64,000 nt of DNA from Burkholderiales bacterium (GTDB taxonomy: Bacteria; Pseudomonadota; Gammaproteobacteria; Burkholderiales; SG8-39), in assembly GCA_965279075.1 (NCBI GenBank), contig CBDIHI010000011.1, positions 142,044 through 206,043 on the forward strand. The letters are read 5' to 3'. Positions 1 through 9,412 of the stretch are shown here, in pieces. The notes below the pieces were generated by a model, which saw only the letters and a list, made by a program, of their open reading frames with translations, was not told the DNA's origin and did not search any database. How positions within the stretch are numbered: position 1 is the stretch's first letter; each line of letters begins with the position of its first letter. A program made the position numbers and the translations under genes.

Positions 1-1
1 C

Positions 2-247
2 GAGGCCATGGCTTGCGCGTTGCCGGTGATTGCCAGCGATGTCGCCGGCAATTCGGATGTCGTGGATCATGAGGAAACCGGCTTGATGGTCCCCCCCGGC
101 AACGCTGATGCTCTTGCGCAGGCAATGCGCCGCATGCTCGAGGCACCCGATGCCGCGGCCGCGCTGGGCCGTGCCGGGCGCGCCAAGGCGGAGCGCCGTT
201 ACTCGTGGGCCGAGTCGGCGGGCGCATACTTGAAGTTCTTCCACTGA
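2..247 (+). CDS. glycosyltransferase, GT-B fold (group 1/GT4), C-terminal fragment; 5' end lies outside the window
   Basis: The reading frame is open to the left edge. The sequence ...LPVIASDVAGNSDVVDHEETGLMVPPGN... is the typical GT-B C-terminal nucleotide-sugar binding region. Stop TGA at 245-247. Confidence 0.7.
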   Translation, partial: EAMACALPVIASDVAGNSDVVDHEETGLMVPPGNADALAQAMRRMLEAPDAAAALGRAGRAKAERRYSWAESAGAYLKFFH

Positions 248-267
248 TCGCCTGCGAGGGATCCGGC

Positions 268-1071
268 TTGCGGCAATTCGATTTCGGCGAGAACTGGAGC
301 GAGTTCTCCGACCACGCTCTTTCCCCGGAGAAGGTCGCGCAGGCCCGCGCGGCGTTCGCAAGGCTGATGGCGACCGCCGGTGCCGAGTTGCCGGGGCGCA
401 GCTTCGTCGACATCGGGTTCGGCCAGGGCCTAGGCCTGCTGAGCGCGGCGGAGTCGGGCGCGCGGGTGGCCGGTTGCGACATCAACCCCCTCTGTGAACA
501 GGTTCTCGAGCGCAACCGTGCCCATTTTCCCGGGGACGCCCGACGGCCGTTCCCGGTCGTCGTCGGTTCGATCCTCGATCCGGCGACGGTGGGCAGGCTG
601 CTGGACCTGGCGCCCGACCCTTCAGGATTTGAAATCGTCCACTCCTGGGGCGTGCTGCATCACACCGGCCGGATGTGGGATGCGATCGACAACGCAGCCT
701 CGCTCGTGCGCCCCGGCGGCCGGCTCGTGCTCGCCTTGTACAACAGGCACTGGACCTCGCCCGCCTGGCTCCTGATCAAACGGATCTATGTCTACTCGCC
801 GCGCCTGCTGCGCAAGGCGATGGTCGCCATCCTCTTTCCCGTCATCTTCGCCGCGAAATGGGCGGTGACGGGACGCAACCCGAGGAGCATGGATCGCGGC
901 ATGGATTTCTACTATGACGTAGTCGATTGGGTCGGCGGTTACCCGTACGAATACGCTTCGGTCGAAGAGGTGGGGAACTACCTCGACGCGAAAGGATTTA
1001 CCCTTCGCGCTACCGTGCCGGCCGCCGTTCCCACAGGCTGCAACGAATTCGCTTTCGAGCATACGGCCTGA
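268..1071 (+). CDS. class I SAM-dependent methyltransferase (paralogue 1)
   Basis: SAM motif I VDIGFGQGLG. Blocks HSWGVLHHTG, NAASLVRPGG and DWVGGYPYEYAS are shared with the ORF at 4252..5040. The track ORF begins at GTG 205 and overlaps the upstream gene. TTG 268, preceded by GAGGG, aligns with the paralogue N-terminus (RQFDFGENW versus KRFGFGSNW). The start is uncertain. Confidence 0.75.
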   Translation: MRQFDFGENWSEFSDHALSPEKVAQARAAFARLMATAGAELPGRSFVDIGFGQGLGLLSAAESGARVAGCDINPLCEQVLERNRAHFPGDARRPFPVVVGSILDPATVGRLLDLAPDPSGFEIVHSWGVLHHTGRMWDAIDNAASLVRPGGRLVLALYNRHWTSPAWLLIKRIYVYSPRLLRKAMVAILFPVIFAAKWAVTGRNPRSMDRGMDFYYDVVDWVGGYPYEYASVEEVGNYLDAKGFTLRATVPAAVPTGCNEFAFEHTA

Positions 1072-1088
1072 GGCGACCCCCGCGCGTG

Positions 1089-2963
1089 TCATGCGGCCGG
1101 CAAGCTGCGCAGCCAGAGTTCCAGCACGAGGATCGACCACAACTGGTTCGTATTGTCCCGTGTGCCTTCGAGGTGCTGCTGCCAGTGCGACCGCAGCACA
1201 CCCTGGTCGACCCAGCCGCGGGTGCGCGAATCCGGCGACAGCAGCGCATCCGCGAACAGGTCGCGCAAGTCTTCACGCAGCCAGCGCCCGGCCGGGACCC
1301 CGAACCCGTGCTTCGGGCGGTGAGTGATTCCCGCCGGCAGTTTCGCGGCCATCAGTCGTTTGAGGAGGACCTTGGTCTTCAGGCCCCTGACCTTGAGGTT
1401 GGCCGGCAGCATCGCCATGTAGCCGACGAGTTCCGCATCGAGCAGCGGGCTGCGCACTTCGAGCGAGTTGAGCATCGACATCCGGTCCACCTTGGCGAGG
1501 ATGTCACCGGGGAGGTACAGCGTGCTGTCCACCCACATGGCGGCGCGTGGCGCATCGATGCCCTGCATGGCATCGAACCTTTCACGTACGGGATCCGTTC
1601 CCGGGGCAGGTCCTCCGGCCAACAGTGCGCGGCGCGAAGCTTCCGGCCACTGGTCGTTCAGTGCGCTGTAGCGTCCGGACGTGCCGCTGGCTTGCGCGAG
1701 GTCGCGGATCCGGCGCAGCCTCCGGCCGGGGCTGTCGAACGCAGTAGATTCCGGGACCATCGCCGTCGCCGCGAGCGCGGGCGTGCGCAGCCAGCCCGGG
1801 AACTCATCGAGCCATTCCAATGCACGCAGCGCCGGGTAGGTCCGGTATCCGCCGAACACTTCGTCCCCGCCGTCCCCGGACAGGGCGACCGTCACCGACT
1901 TTCGCGCCATGCGGGCGAGGTAGTAGGTCGGCAGCGCAGACGAGTCGGCGAACGGCTCGTCGAAATGCGCGGCGATCATCGGCAGGTCCAGCGCGGCGCG
2001 GGGCGTGACGATCTCCTCGTGGTGCTCGGTCCCGAGGTGAAGGGCGACCGCCCGCGCGTGCCCGACTTCCGAGAACGACTGGTCCTCGAACCCGATGCAA
2101 AAGGTCTTCGGCGGTGCGCTGCCGACCTCGCACATGAGCGCGACCACTGCACTCGAATCCAGGCCGCCGCTGAGGAATGCGCCGAGCGGGACGTCCGAGA
2201 CGAGCCGCATCCGCACGGCTTCCCGCATCAGCGCCCCGACCCTCTCGAGGGCCTCGCTCTCAGTTACCGCGACGGGATGCTCGGGGGGGCGCGGCAATCG
2301 CCAGTAGGGAGCGTCGTCAATGCGTCCGTCGCGCCACGCCAGGCGATGCCCGGGCTCGAGCTTGCGTATGCCGCGGTACGCGGTTCCCGGCGCGGGGATG
2401 TAGCCCAGCGCCAGGTACAACTCCAACGCCGCCGGGTCCGTATCCCCGGGGATGCCTTCGACGGCCAGCAGGGACTTCAGTTCCGAGGCGAAGGTCAGCG
2501 TACCGTCCGCGGCAAGGTGGTAGTAGAGGGGTTTCTTGCCCATCTTGTCGATCGCTAGCAGCAACCGCCCGGCAGCTTCGTCCCACAGCGCCAACGCGAA
2601 CATGCCCCGCAGGCTGTCCAGCAGCCCCTCGCCGTGTTCCTCGTAGAGGTGCACGATGGTCTCGACATCGGTGTGGCTTGCAAACACGTGGCCCCGTGCC
2701 TCGAGCTCGCCTCGCAGGTCGCGGAAGTTGTAGATCTCGCCGTTGCATACGGCCACCACGCTTCGTGACTCGTTGTAGATCGGCTGGCGGCCGCCTGCGA
2801 CATCGATGATCGCGAGGCGACGCATGCCCAAGCCCAGCCGCCCCGACACATGAAAGCCCTCGTCGTCCGGCCCGCGGTGCGCGATCCGGTCGCACATCCT
2901 GCGGACCGTGTTCGCGTCCACACCCTTTCCGGCCATGCGAACCTGGCCTGCGATTCCGCACAT
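1089..2963 (-). CDS. asparagine synthase (glutamine-hydrolysing) family amidotransferase, copy 1
   Basis: 624 aa. The N-terminal MCGIAG is the Ntn glutaminase nucleophile. The PP-loop SGGLDSS is present in the synthetase domain. The start lies 3 nt after the stop of the upstream GT gene. Confidence 0.85.
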   Translation of the reverse strand: MCGIAGQVRMAGKGVDANTVRRMCDRIAHRGPDDEGFHVSGRLGLGMRRLAIIDVAGGRQPIYNESRSVVAVCNGEIYNFRDLRGELEARGHVFASHTDVETIVHLYEEHGEGLLDSLRGMFALALWDEAAGRLLLAIDKMGKKPLYYHLAADGTLTFASELKSLLAVEGIPGDTDPAALELYLALGYIPAPGTAYRGIRKLEPGHRLAWRDGRIDDAPYWRLPRPPEHPVAVTESEALERVGALMREAVRMRLVSDVPLGAFLSGGLDSSAVVALMCEVGSAPPKTFCIGFEDQSFSEVGHARAVALHLGTEHHEEIVTPRAALDLPMIAAHFDEPFADSSALPTYYLARMARKSVTVALSGDGGDEVFGGYRTYPALRALEWLDEFPGWLRTPALAATAMVPESTAFDSPGRRLRRIRDLAQASGTSGRYSALNDQWPEASRRALLAGGPAPGTDPVRERFDAMQGIDAPRAAMWVDSTLYLPGDILAKVDRMSMLNSLEVRSPLLDAELVGYMAMLPANLKVRGLKTKVLLKRLMAAKLPAGITHRPKHGFGVPAGRWLREDLRDLFADALLSPDSRTRGWVDQGVLRSHWQQHLEGTRDNTNQLWSILVLELWLRSLPAA

Positions 2964-2966
2964 GTG

Positions 2967-4115
2967 TCAGTGCCTCCCGGTGCGTTCGTCGCACAAGGCA
3001 TCGAACAAGTTGGCGTAGCCCTCGATCATTTGCTCGACACCGAACAGTTCGATCACCCGCCTGCGTGCCCGCTCCGCCCTCCGTGCAGCTTCCGCACGGT
3101 CGCGCAACGCCTCGGACAGAGCGGCGCCAAGTTGCGCCACATCGTCGGGCGTGACCAGCCAGCCGTAGGAGGCATCCGGGATCAAGTCCCGGGTCCCGTC
3201 GATTGCCGTGGCCACCACCGGGCATCCCGCAGCCATGGCCTCCATGACCGCGTTCGGCATGCCCTCCCACGCCGAAGGCAGCACGAAAACGTCGGCCAGC
3301 GCCATCAGTGAAGGGAGGTCGTCGCGCGTGCCGAGGAGATGCACGCGATGGGCAACCCCCAACCCGGCGGCCTGTCGCATGAGCGGTTCCAGCAAAGGCC
3401 CGTCGCCCGCGACGAGGAGTTCGGCGTGCGCGAGGGACTGCGGCAGAGCCGCCAGTGCGGCCACGAGCACGGACATTCGCTTTTGCGGTTGCAGGCGTCC
3501 GGCCGCCAGGATGACTATCGCTCCAGGGCGCAGGCCGAGCGAGGCCGCATCGGCCGGAGCGGTCCCCGGGGCCGGCGGTTCCACTCCGTTTACGATCACG
3601 CAAGCCTGCTCCGGCCGCACGCCTTCGGTCTCACGGCTGGCGCGCACCACCGCTGGGCTGTTGATTACGACGCGGTCGGCCCAGCGCATCGTCATGCGGT
3701 CGAGCCGGAACCACCAGGCGGGCTTCTGCGCGTTGCGCGCGCGGATCGACGTGACGACGGCCGCGTGTCCGTAGAGACGTCCGGCAATCCGTCCGAGCAG
3801 GTCAGAGACTTCGAGCATCGTCAGGATCACCTGCGGCCGCCATGCGCGGATCCGCAACCACAGGCCGACCGGGCCGAACCCGGCGGCGAGGCGTGCCTTG
3901 CCGACAACCCGGACTTCCGCGTGCGCCGCAATCGAGGCGAGGATCGCCGGATCGGCATCGCCGTTCAGGACCAGAACCCGGATCGCGTATCCCCGGGCCG
4001 CGAGCCCGCGGACCAGCAGGAAAGCCTGGCGCTGCGCGCCGCCGCGGGCGAGGTTGTCGATGACCAGCAGCAGGCGGCGTGTTCCGTCCACGGACATCGA
4101 ATCGCCTGCCGCCAT
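2967..4115 (-). CDS. glycosyltransferase family 4 (GT-B)
   Basis: N-terminal LLLVIDNLARGGAQRQ and C-terminal EGMPNAVMEAMAAGCPVVAT (E-x7-E region). The track ORF extends to 4289 and overlaps the divergent gene. In-frame ATGs at 4148, 4115 and 4097 are all possible starts. Confidence 0.8.
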   Translation of the reverse strand: MAAGDSMSVDGTRRLLLVIDNLARGGAQRQAFLLVRGLAARGYAIRVLVLNGDADPAILASIAAHAEVRVVGKARLAAGFGPVGLWLRIRAWRPQVILTMLEVSDLLGRIAGRLYGHAAVVTSIRARNAQKPAWWFRLDRMTMRWADRVVINSPAVVRASRETEGVRPEQACVIVNGVEPPAPGTAPADAASLGLRPGAIVILAAGRLQPQKRMSVLVAALAALPQSLAHAELLVAGDGPLLEPLMRQAAGLGVAHRVHLLGTRDDLPSLMALADVFVLPSAWEGMPNAVMEAMAAGCPVVATAIDGTRDLIPDASYGWLVTPDDVAQLGAALSEALRDRAEAARRAERARRRVIELFGVEQMIEGYANLFDALCDERTGRH

Positions 4116-4251
4116 CGCCAGTCCAGTCCCGGTGATCGAATTGCGCATGCGGGCGGCAACGCGCAGCGATGAAGCCCGTTTGCTTTGGAATTTCAATATA
4201 CTGGCGCGATTATAGGCCGTTACTTCACGGCCCGATTCCCGCGCGCGATCG

Positions 4252-5040
4252 ATGCGCCCCGCCATGAAACGCTTTGGGTTCGGCTCCAACTGGGTGTCCT
4301 ACGCGCGCCACGCATTGACTGCGGACCGCATTGCGCAGGCGCGCGCCGCATTCGCAACCCTGGTCGACGGCATCGAACTGAAGGAGAGGGCGTTCCTCGA
4401 CATCGGGTTCGGCCAGGGACTCACTGCGGCGCTCGCCGCGGAGGCCGGCGCAAGGGTCGTCGCAGTCGACATAGATCCGGAGTGCGGAACGGCCTACGAA
4501 GCTACGCGCGCCTTTTTTCCCGGCGCGGGCGCGCCGGAGATCGTCATCGGCTCGATCCTGGACGGGAGCCTCGTATCGATGCTTGGGGTCAAGGGCCCCT
4601 TCGACGTGGTGCACAGCTGGGGCGTGCTCCATCACACCGGTGCAATGTGGCGCGCCATGGACAATGCCGCGTCCCTGGTCAGGCCGGGCGGCCATCTCGT
4701 CATCGCAATCTATGCGCGGCACTGGACCGCGCCACTGTGGAAGATGGTCAAGTGGGCCTATGTCCATTCGCCCGGCATCGTCCGGAGCGCGATGATCGCT
4801 GCGTTCCATCCGCTGATGCGCATGCGCGCGAGACAGCTCGGCGAGGAGCGCACCGCCGCGCGCGGGATGGATTTCCGGCACGACCTCGTCGACTGGGTCG
4901 GGGGATATCCGTACGAGTATGCCTCGCGCGCCGAAATCGAATCTCACCTGGTCGGGCGCGGCTTCGTGCCGATGCGCTTCCATCCCACTGCGGGAATGAC
5001 GGGGTGCCATGAGTACGTCTTCCGGCGCGGCAACGCCTGA
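4252..5040 (+). CDS. class I SAM-dependent methyltransferase (paralogue 2)
   Basis: 262 aa. Carries LDIGFGQGL, HSWGVLHHTG, NAASLVRPGG and DWVGGYPYEYAS. Clear paralogue of 268..1071. Confidence 0.8.
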   Translation: MRPAMKRFGFGSNWVSYARHALTADRIAQARAAFATLVDGIELKERAFLDIGFGQGLTAALAAEAGARVVAVDIDPECGTAYEATRAFFPGAGAPEIVIGSILDGSLVSMLGVKGPFDVVHSWGVLHHTGAMWRAMDNAASLVRPGGHLVIAIYARHWTAPLWKMVKWAYVHSPGIVRSAMIAAFHPLMRMRARQLGEERTAARGMDFRHDLVDWVGGYPYEYASRAEIESHLVGRGFVPMRFHPTAGMTGCHEYVFRRGNA

Positions 5041-6031
5041 GCGTCGGCGCATGAATCGCACCCCACAGCACGAAAGCGTGCCCGGAGCGGCGACACCGGC
5101 CGCCAGGCGGTGGTGGTTTGCGGCGAGGCTCTGCATTTCGCTGGTGCTGGTCGCCTTCCTCATGCATAGCGTGGACTGGCCTAAGGTCTGGGTGCATGCG
5201 AGAACGGTCTCGCCGGTCTGGCTTGCGCTGAGCCTCTTCTACATTCCCGCGAGCATCCTGTTCGTCGCAATGCGCTATCGCCTGCTCGTCGACGGCATGG
5301 TGCCCCTCGGGGCAATGCTGCGCCTCGTGGTGTTCCAGGGGGCGGTCAGCACCTTCCTCGCGAATGCGGCGGGCTCCCTCGGATTCGTCGGCGTCCTCGC
5401 CAAACTCCACAACGTGCCCGTCGCCCTGGCGATCCAGTCGGCCATCGTCGCCCGCGCCGGGGACATGCTGGCGTCGCTCGTCGTCGCGGCCGCGCTGGTT
5501 GCCGTGGCCTGGGACAGGCTGGCGACGATCCGGCCGCTCGTGGTGACGGCCCTGCTGTTGTCGGTGGTCACCCTGCTCGCCGCGTTTGCAACTGTCCTCG
5601 CCGCCCGCCGTCTTGCGACGACCCGATTTCCCGGCGCGGACGCTGTGGAGAATTCCCCTTGGCGCAAGGCACGGGAGGCCGTGGGGCTGGTTGTGCGCAT
5701 GGAATCCGCCCGCGCGCTGCCTGGCGCATTGTTCCATTCCTTCCTGCTGCAGGGCGTAGTGGCGGTCGCGATGTATTTCAACGCCCGCGCCTTCGGGCTG
5801 GAGATCGGCTTCTTCGAGGCGGCCCTCGTGGGCGTCGTGGCGTCGTTCGTCGCGTCCGTGCCCGTTACGGTATTCGGGGGGCTGGGCATTTACGAAGTGT
5901 CGACGGTCGGCCTGCTCGCCGTATTCGGCGTGCCGATCGAGGCGGGCGCCGGCATGATCCTCGTGGTGCGGGCGATCTTCTTCGCGGTGATGGCGGCCGC
6001 ACTGGCGACGACCCGCGCGCCGGGTCAGTGA
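5009..6031 (+). CDS. flippase-like / lysylphosphatidylglycerol-synthase transmembrane-region family (UPF0104) membrane protein
   Basis: 340 aa, polytopic and hydrophobic. The N-terminal pattern (RRWWF..LVLVAFLMHSVDW..V) is typical of this family as I recall it. ATG 5051 is an alternative start. The stop overlaps the convergent gene by 7 nt. Confidence 0.55.
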   Translation: MSTSSGAATPERRRMNRTPQHESVPGAATPAARRWWFAARLCISLVLVAFLMHSVDWPKVWVHARTVSPVWLALSLFYIPASILFVAMRYRLLVDGMVPLGAMLRLVVFQGAVSTFLANAAGSLGFVGVLAKLHNVPVALAIQSAIVARAGDMLASLVVAAALVAVAWDRLATIRPLVVTALLLSVVTLLAAFATVLAARRLATTRFPGADAVENSPWRKAREAVGLVVRMESARALPGALFHSFLLQGVVAVAMYFNARAFGLEIGFFEAALVGVVASFVASVPVTVFGGLGIYEVSTVGLLAVFGVPIEAGAGMILVVRAIFFAVMAAALATTRAPGQ

Positions 6032-7536
6032 GGGGCGCGCCGCCAGAGGGTCATCGACCCGAGCCGGGTCGACTGCGTGAACCCGTTCGCGGCCAGCGCC
6101 GCCACCGCGTCGTCGCATCCCACCGCCTTGCAGGTGGACTTGTCGGCATCGTCGAAGGTGCGCGGGTCCAGCACCAGCACCGCGCTCAGGGACGGTGACT
6201 TCAGTGCCCGGGAGACGCCGGGCGCGCCCCATCCATAGCCGGAGAGGTTGGAGAGTGAGCGCGTGCCCAGCATGAAATGGAAGACGTTGCGCCGCGGCGG
6301 CAGTACCAGCATGTCTTCCCCTTTCGCGACGAGTCCTCGCAGGGACTGGAGGTCCGATGCGATGCCGGCGTCGAGGTGCCACGGCTTCCCGTGTGCAACA
6401 CGAGGACTCCAGTCGAGGGGCCAGGCCTGGAAATAGCCCGAGGCTCCCGACGAACCCGTCACCGGGGCCGCGAGCAGGCCGGCGGCCGCGATCAGTACGA
6501 GCGGGCGAAAACGCGGCCACGCGGCGACCGCAGCCTGGGCCACCCGTGCGGCCATGATCGTGATCGCGATTGCGACGAAGGGCGCGGCCAGCAACGCGTA
6601 GTGGAAGTAAGGGCGCTTGGCGAACTGCAGCAGCGTGGCCAGTGCGGCGATCAGCGAGAACCCGACGACAGCCACCCAGGGGGCCTGGCGGGCGCCGCTC
6701 GCGAAGGCCGAACCCAGCATCGCGATCCAGAAGAACAGCGTGACGGCCACGAACCCGGTCGCGGGTCCCGTCTGCTTGGCCAGCGCGGGCAGGTTTGCCG
6801 GCAGCGAGCCTTCCGCCGCGTACTGTCCCACCAGCCCGAGCCCGATGCGCAGCGGCTCGAGGCCCTGGCCCTCCAGCAGGACGGCAACGAGGAGGATCAC
6901 CAGGGCTGCGGCCGGGACCGTCATCACTTGCCACGCGCTGTCGCGTTGCCCGGCGCGGCCCATAGCAAAATGGAGTCCCAGAACTGCGGCGCCGACCGCC
7001 ACCAGGCCGCCTTGCTGCTTCGTCCACGTTGCCAGTCCAAGGCCCGCGGCGAGCAGCAGCGCCCTGCGCCAGCCGGATCCCCCGTTGAGGGGCAGGCCTC
7101 CCCAGGCCAGCAGCCCGGCCAGAGCGAACAGGGTCGCGATCGGTTCGGTGGTCCCGTGCAGGGCCTCGAACCGCGTCGCGAGCATCAGGTACCAGAATCC
7201 GGCCACTGCGCCGGCCGAAATGCTCGCCGTGCAACGCGCCACGATCGCTGCGGCGAGCACGGCATTGGCGGCGAGCAGGCCGACGATCGACAACTGCAGG
7301 GTCGGCAGCGACTCGCCGAACAGGCTCAGCAGGAACTGCAGCACGCGATAGCCGCCCGGAAAGTACCCGTACCTCGACAACGGGGCGTCGGCGAGGTCGT
7401 GCAGGTAGTCGCGCGCAACGCAGGCGTAGAAGAAGAAATCCACGCCCTCGACCAGGGGATACGCGGTCATCAGGTAGCGCAGGGCGCCGGCAATCCCCAG
7501 GGCCACTGCGAGTGCTGCGGCAACTCTCTCGATCAT
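6025..7536 (-). CDS. putative GT-C fold membrane glycosyltransferase (ArnT/PMT-like)
   Basis: About 503 aa counted from MIERVAAAL. There are roughly 11-12 predicted TM segments followed by a soluble C-terminal domain of about 130 aa. An acidic motif (VEGVDFFFY) sits in the first loop. The family assignment rests on architecture only. Confidence 0.45.
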   Translation of the reverse strand: MIERVAAALAVALGIAGALRYLMTAYPLVEGVDFFFYACVARDYLHDLADAPLSRYGYFPGGYRVLQFLLSLFGESLPTLQLSIVGLLAANAVLAAAIVARCTASISAGAVAGFWYLMLATRFEALHGTTEPIATLFALAGLLAWGGLPLNGGSGWRRALLLAAGLGLATWTKQQGGLVAVGAAVLGLHFAMGRAGQRDSAWQVMTVPAAALVILLVAVLLEGQGLEPLRIGLGLVGQYAAEGSLPANLPALAKQTGPATGFVAVTLFFWIAMLGSAFASGARQAPWVAVVGFSLIAALATLLQFAKRPYFHYALLAAPFVAIAITIMAARVAQAAVAAWPRFRPLVLIAAAGLLAAPVTGSSGASGYFQAWPLDWSPRVAHGKPWHLDAGIASDLQSLRGLVAKGEDMLVLPPRRNVFHFMLGTRSLSNLSGYGWGAPGVSRALKSPSLSAVLVLDPRTFDDADKSTCKAVGCDDAVAALAANGFTQSTRLGSMTLWRRAPH

Positions 7537-7555
7537 CCCGGCGCGCCTCAGGCGC

Positions 7556-9412
7556 TCACTTCGCGAACGCTCCGGCCGAGAGCAGGTAGGCATTCCAAAG
7601 GAACGCGCGCTCGTCGGCCTCGCCGGCGCGATGGCTCGCGCCCTTGCGTCCTAGCACGCCGGCGGCGAGGCCCGCCGGCAGCGACTCCGGCAGCGGCAGC
7701 GCACCGTTCGCGAACCATTTGCCGACCGGTACGCCGAACCCCTTCTTGGGGCGCTCGATGATCTCTTTCGGCAGCAGCGGCGCGAGCGCGGACTTCAGCA
7801 ACGCCTTGGTCCGCCCGCCCCGCAGTTTCCATTCGACCGGCAGAGTGCGGACGAAGTCGACGAGGTCGATGTCGAGGAACGGCGCCCGCACTTCTAGCGA
7901 GTGCGCCATGCTTGCCCGGTCCACCTTGGCGAGGATGTCGTCCTGCAGGTAGAACTTCGTGTAGAACTCCAGCACGCGGCTTGCGACGTCGCGGGGGCCG
8001 CAGCGGTCCCAGGCTTCGATCGCTTCGCTGTAAAGGTCGTCGGCCTCCAGCGGCTCGCCCATCAACTCCGCGACCTCCGCCGGGGCGAGCGGCGCCATCC
8101 AGACCGGGCACCACAAGGCGGGACGATAGTCGAGGCCGCGCAGCGTCCGCTTGATGCGGAAGTCGAGGCTCATGTTCCGGTGCGAGACCGGCATGCGGCC
8201 CGCGAGCAGGGCGACCGCCTTGTGTACCGGTCGGGGAATGCTGCGCTGGTACAACTCGGCCCAGCGCAGTGCGAGAAATGGATCGTAGCCGGCGAAAAGT
8301 TCGTCCGCCCCGTCGCCGCCCAGTGCAACCGTGACGTGCTCACGTGCATGCTTGCAGAGGAACCAGGTGGGCAGCAGGGAGCTGTCGCCCATCGGCTCGT
8401 CGAGCCGCGCGACGACCGAGGGCAGGGCCGCGCGCGCCGCGGACTCCGAGAAAACGCGATGGTGGTGTACCGAGCCGATCAGGCCGGCGACGCGTTGCGC
8501 ATACGCGGATTCGTCGAAGCTCGCCTCCTCGAACCCGATGCTGAACGTCTGCAGCCGGCCGGCACCGGGAGCTCTCGCCGCGAGCGCGCTGACCGCCGAC
8601 GAATCGATGCCGCCGGAAAGGAACGTGCCGATCGGCACGTCGGACACGAGGCGTCGGCGGACGGCCGCGGCAAGCAGCTCGCGCAACTGTTCTCCCCATA
8701 CGCGCTCTGCGTGCGCAGGGTGCGAAACCTGCGGTTCCAGCCTGAACTCCCAGTAGCGCCAGGTCCTCAGCCGGCGCGTGCCGAGGTCGTACTCCAGGCT
8801 GCAGCCGCCCGGGAGCTTGGACACACCGTCGAGATACGAATGCGGTGCCGGGATGTAGCCATATGCGAAATATTTCTTCAGGGCCGTGCGCGAAGGCGTG
8901 CGGGGCACTGCGGGATGCGCGGCCAGTGCCGTCAGCTCGGAAGCGAAGGCGAACAGCCCCGGCCGGTCGGTGTAGTAGAAGGGCTTCTTGCCGAACCTGT
9001 CGCGGCTCGCGAAGAGGCGCCGCCGCGCGCGGTCGTAGAGAACGAATGCCCACATGCCGTTGAGGCGGTCGACGAACCCGTCGCCCCAGTGCCTGTAGGC
9101 ATGCAGCAGGACTTCGGTGTCGGAATGGTCGGTGGCGAACACCGCGCCCAGCGCGCGCAGTTCGGCGCGCAGCTCGGCGTGGTTGTAGATTTCCCCGTTG
9201 AAGACGATGCCGAGCGTGCCGTCCCGGGTCCACATCGGCTGCGCGCCGCCTTCGATGTCGATGATCGACAGCCGCAGGTGGCCGAGGAAGACCGCGTGCT
9301 CCTGGTCATGCCACGCAGTGTCCGCGTCAGGGCCGCGCGAAGCCTGCGCGGCGTTCATTCGCTTCAGGTCCGCGAGGGTGCCCGTGCCCGCGAATCCGGC
9401 GATGCCGCACAT
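7556..9412 (-). CDS. asparagine synthase (glutamine-hydrolysing) family amidotransferase, copy 2
   Basis: 618 aa. N-terminal MCGIAG and PP-loop SGGIDSS. Its ATG directly abuts the TGA of the upstream GT2 gene. Confidence 0.85.
   Translation of the reverse strand: MCGIAGFAGTGTLADLKRMNAAQASRGPDADTAWHDQEHAVFLGHLRLSIIDIEGGAQPMWTRDGTLGIVFNGEIYNHAELRAELRALGAVFATDHSDTEVLLHAYRHWGDGFVDRLNGMWAFVLYDRARRRLFASRDRFGKKPFYYTDRPGLFAFASELTALAAHPAVPRTPSRTALKKYFAYGYIPAPHSYLDGVSKLPGGCSLEYDLGTRRLRTWRYWEFRLEPQVSHPAHAERVWGEQLRELLAAAVRRRLVSDVPIGTFLSGGIDSSAVSALAARAPGAGRLQTFSIGFEEASFDESAYAQRVAGLIGSVHHHRVFSESAARAALPSVVARLDEPMGDSSLLPTWFLCKHAREHVTVALGGDGADELFAGYDPFLALRWAELYQRSIPRPVHKAVALLAGRMPVSHRNMSLDFRIKRTLRGLDYRPALWCPVWMAPLAPAEVAELMGEPLEADDLYSEAIEAWDRCGPRDVASRVLEFYTKFYLQDDILAKVDRASMAHSLEVRAPFLDIDLVDFVRTLPVEWKLRGGRTKALLKSALAPLLPKEIIERPKKGFGVPVGKWFANGALPLPESLPAGLAAGVLGRKGASHRAGEADERAFLWNAYLLSAGAFAK

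Noticed and set aside
1089-2963. AsnB homologues (also 7556..9412) as lasso-peptide or other RiPP cyclases
   Set aside because: Both retain the N-terminal Cys glutaminase nucleophile typical of true amidotransferases. Their neighbours are glycosyltransferases and membrane GT-C proteins. No transglutaminase-like B protein, RRE or short precursor ORF is adjacent.
4748-7234. 828-aa minus-strand ORF, plus similar long ORFs at 7901..10729 (+), 2317..3603 (-), 22324..23367 (-), 27031..28113 (both strands) and 59053..61326 (+)
   Set aside because: All overlap better-supported genes on the other strand or in another frame. All have extreme Arg/Pro/Gly/Ala composition. None shows a recognisable domain.
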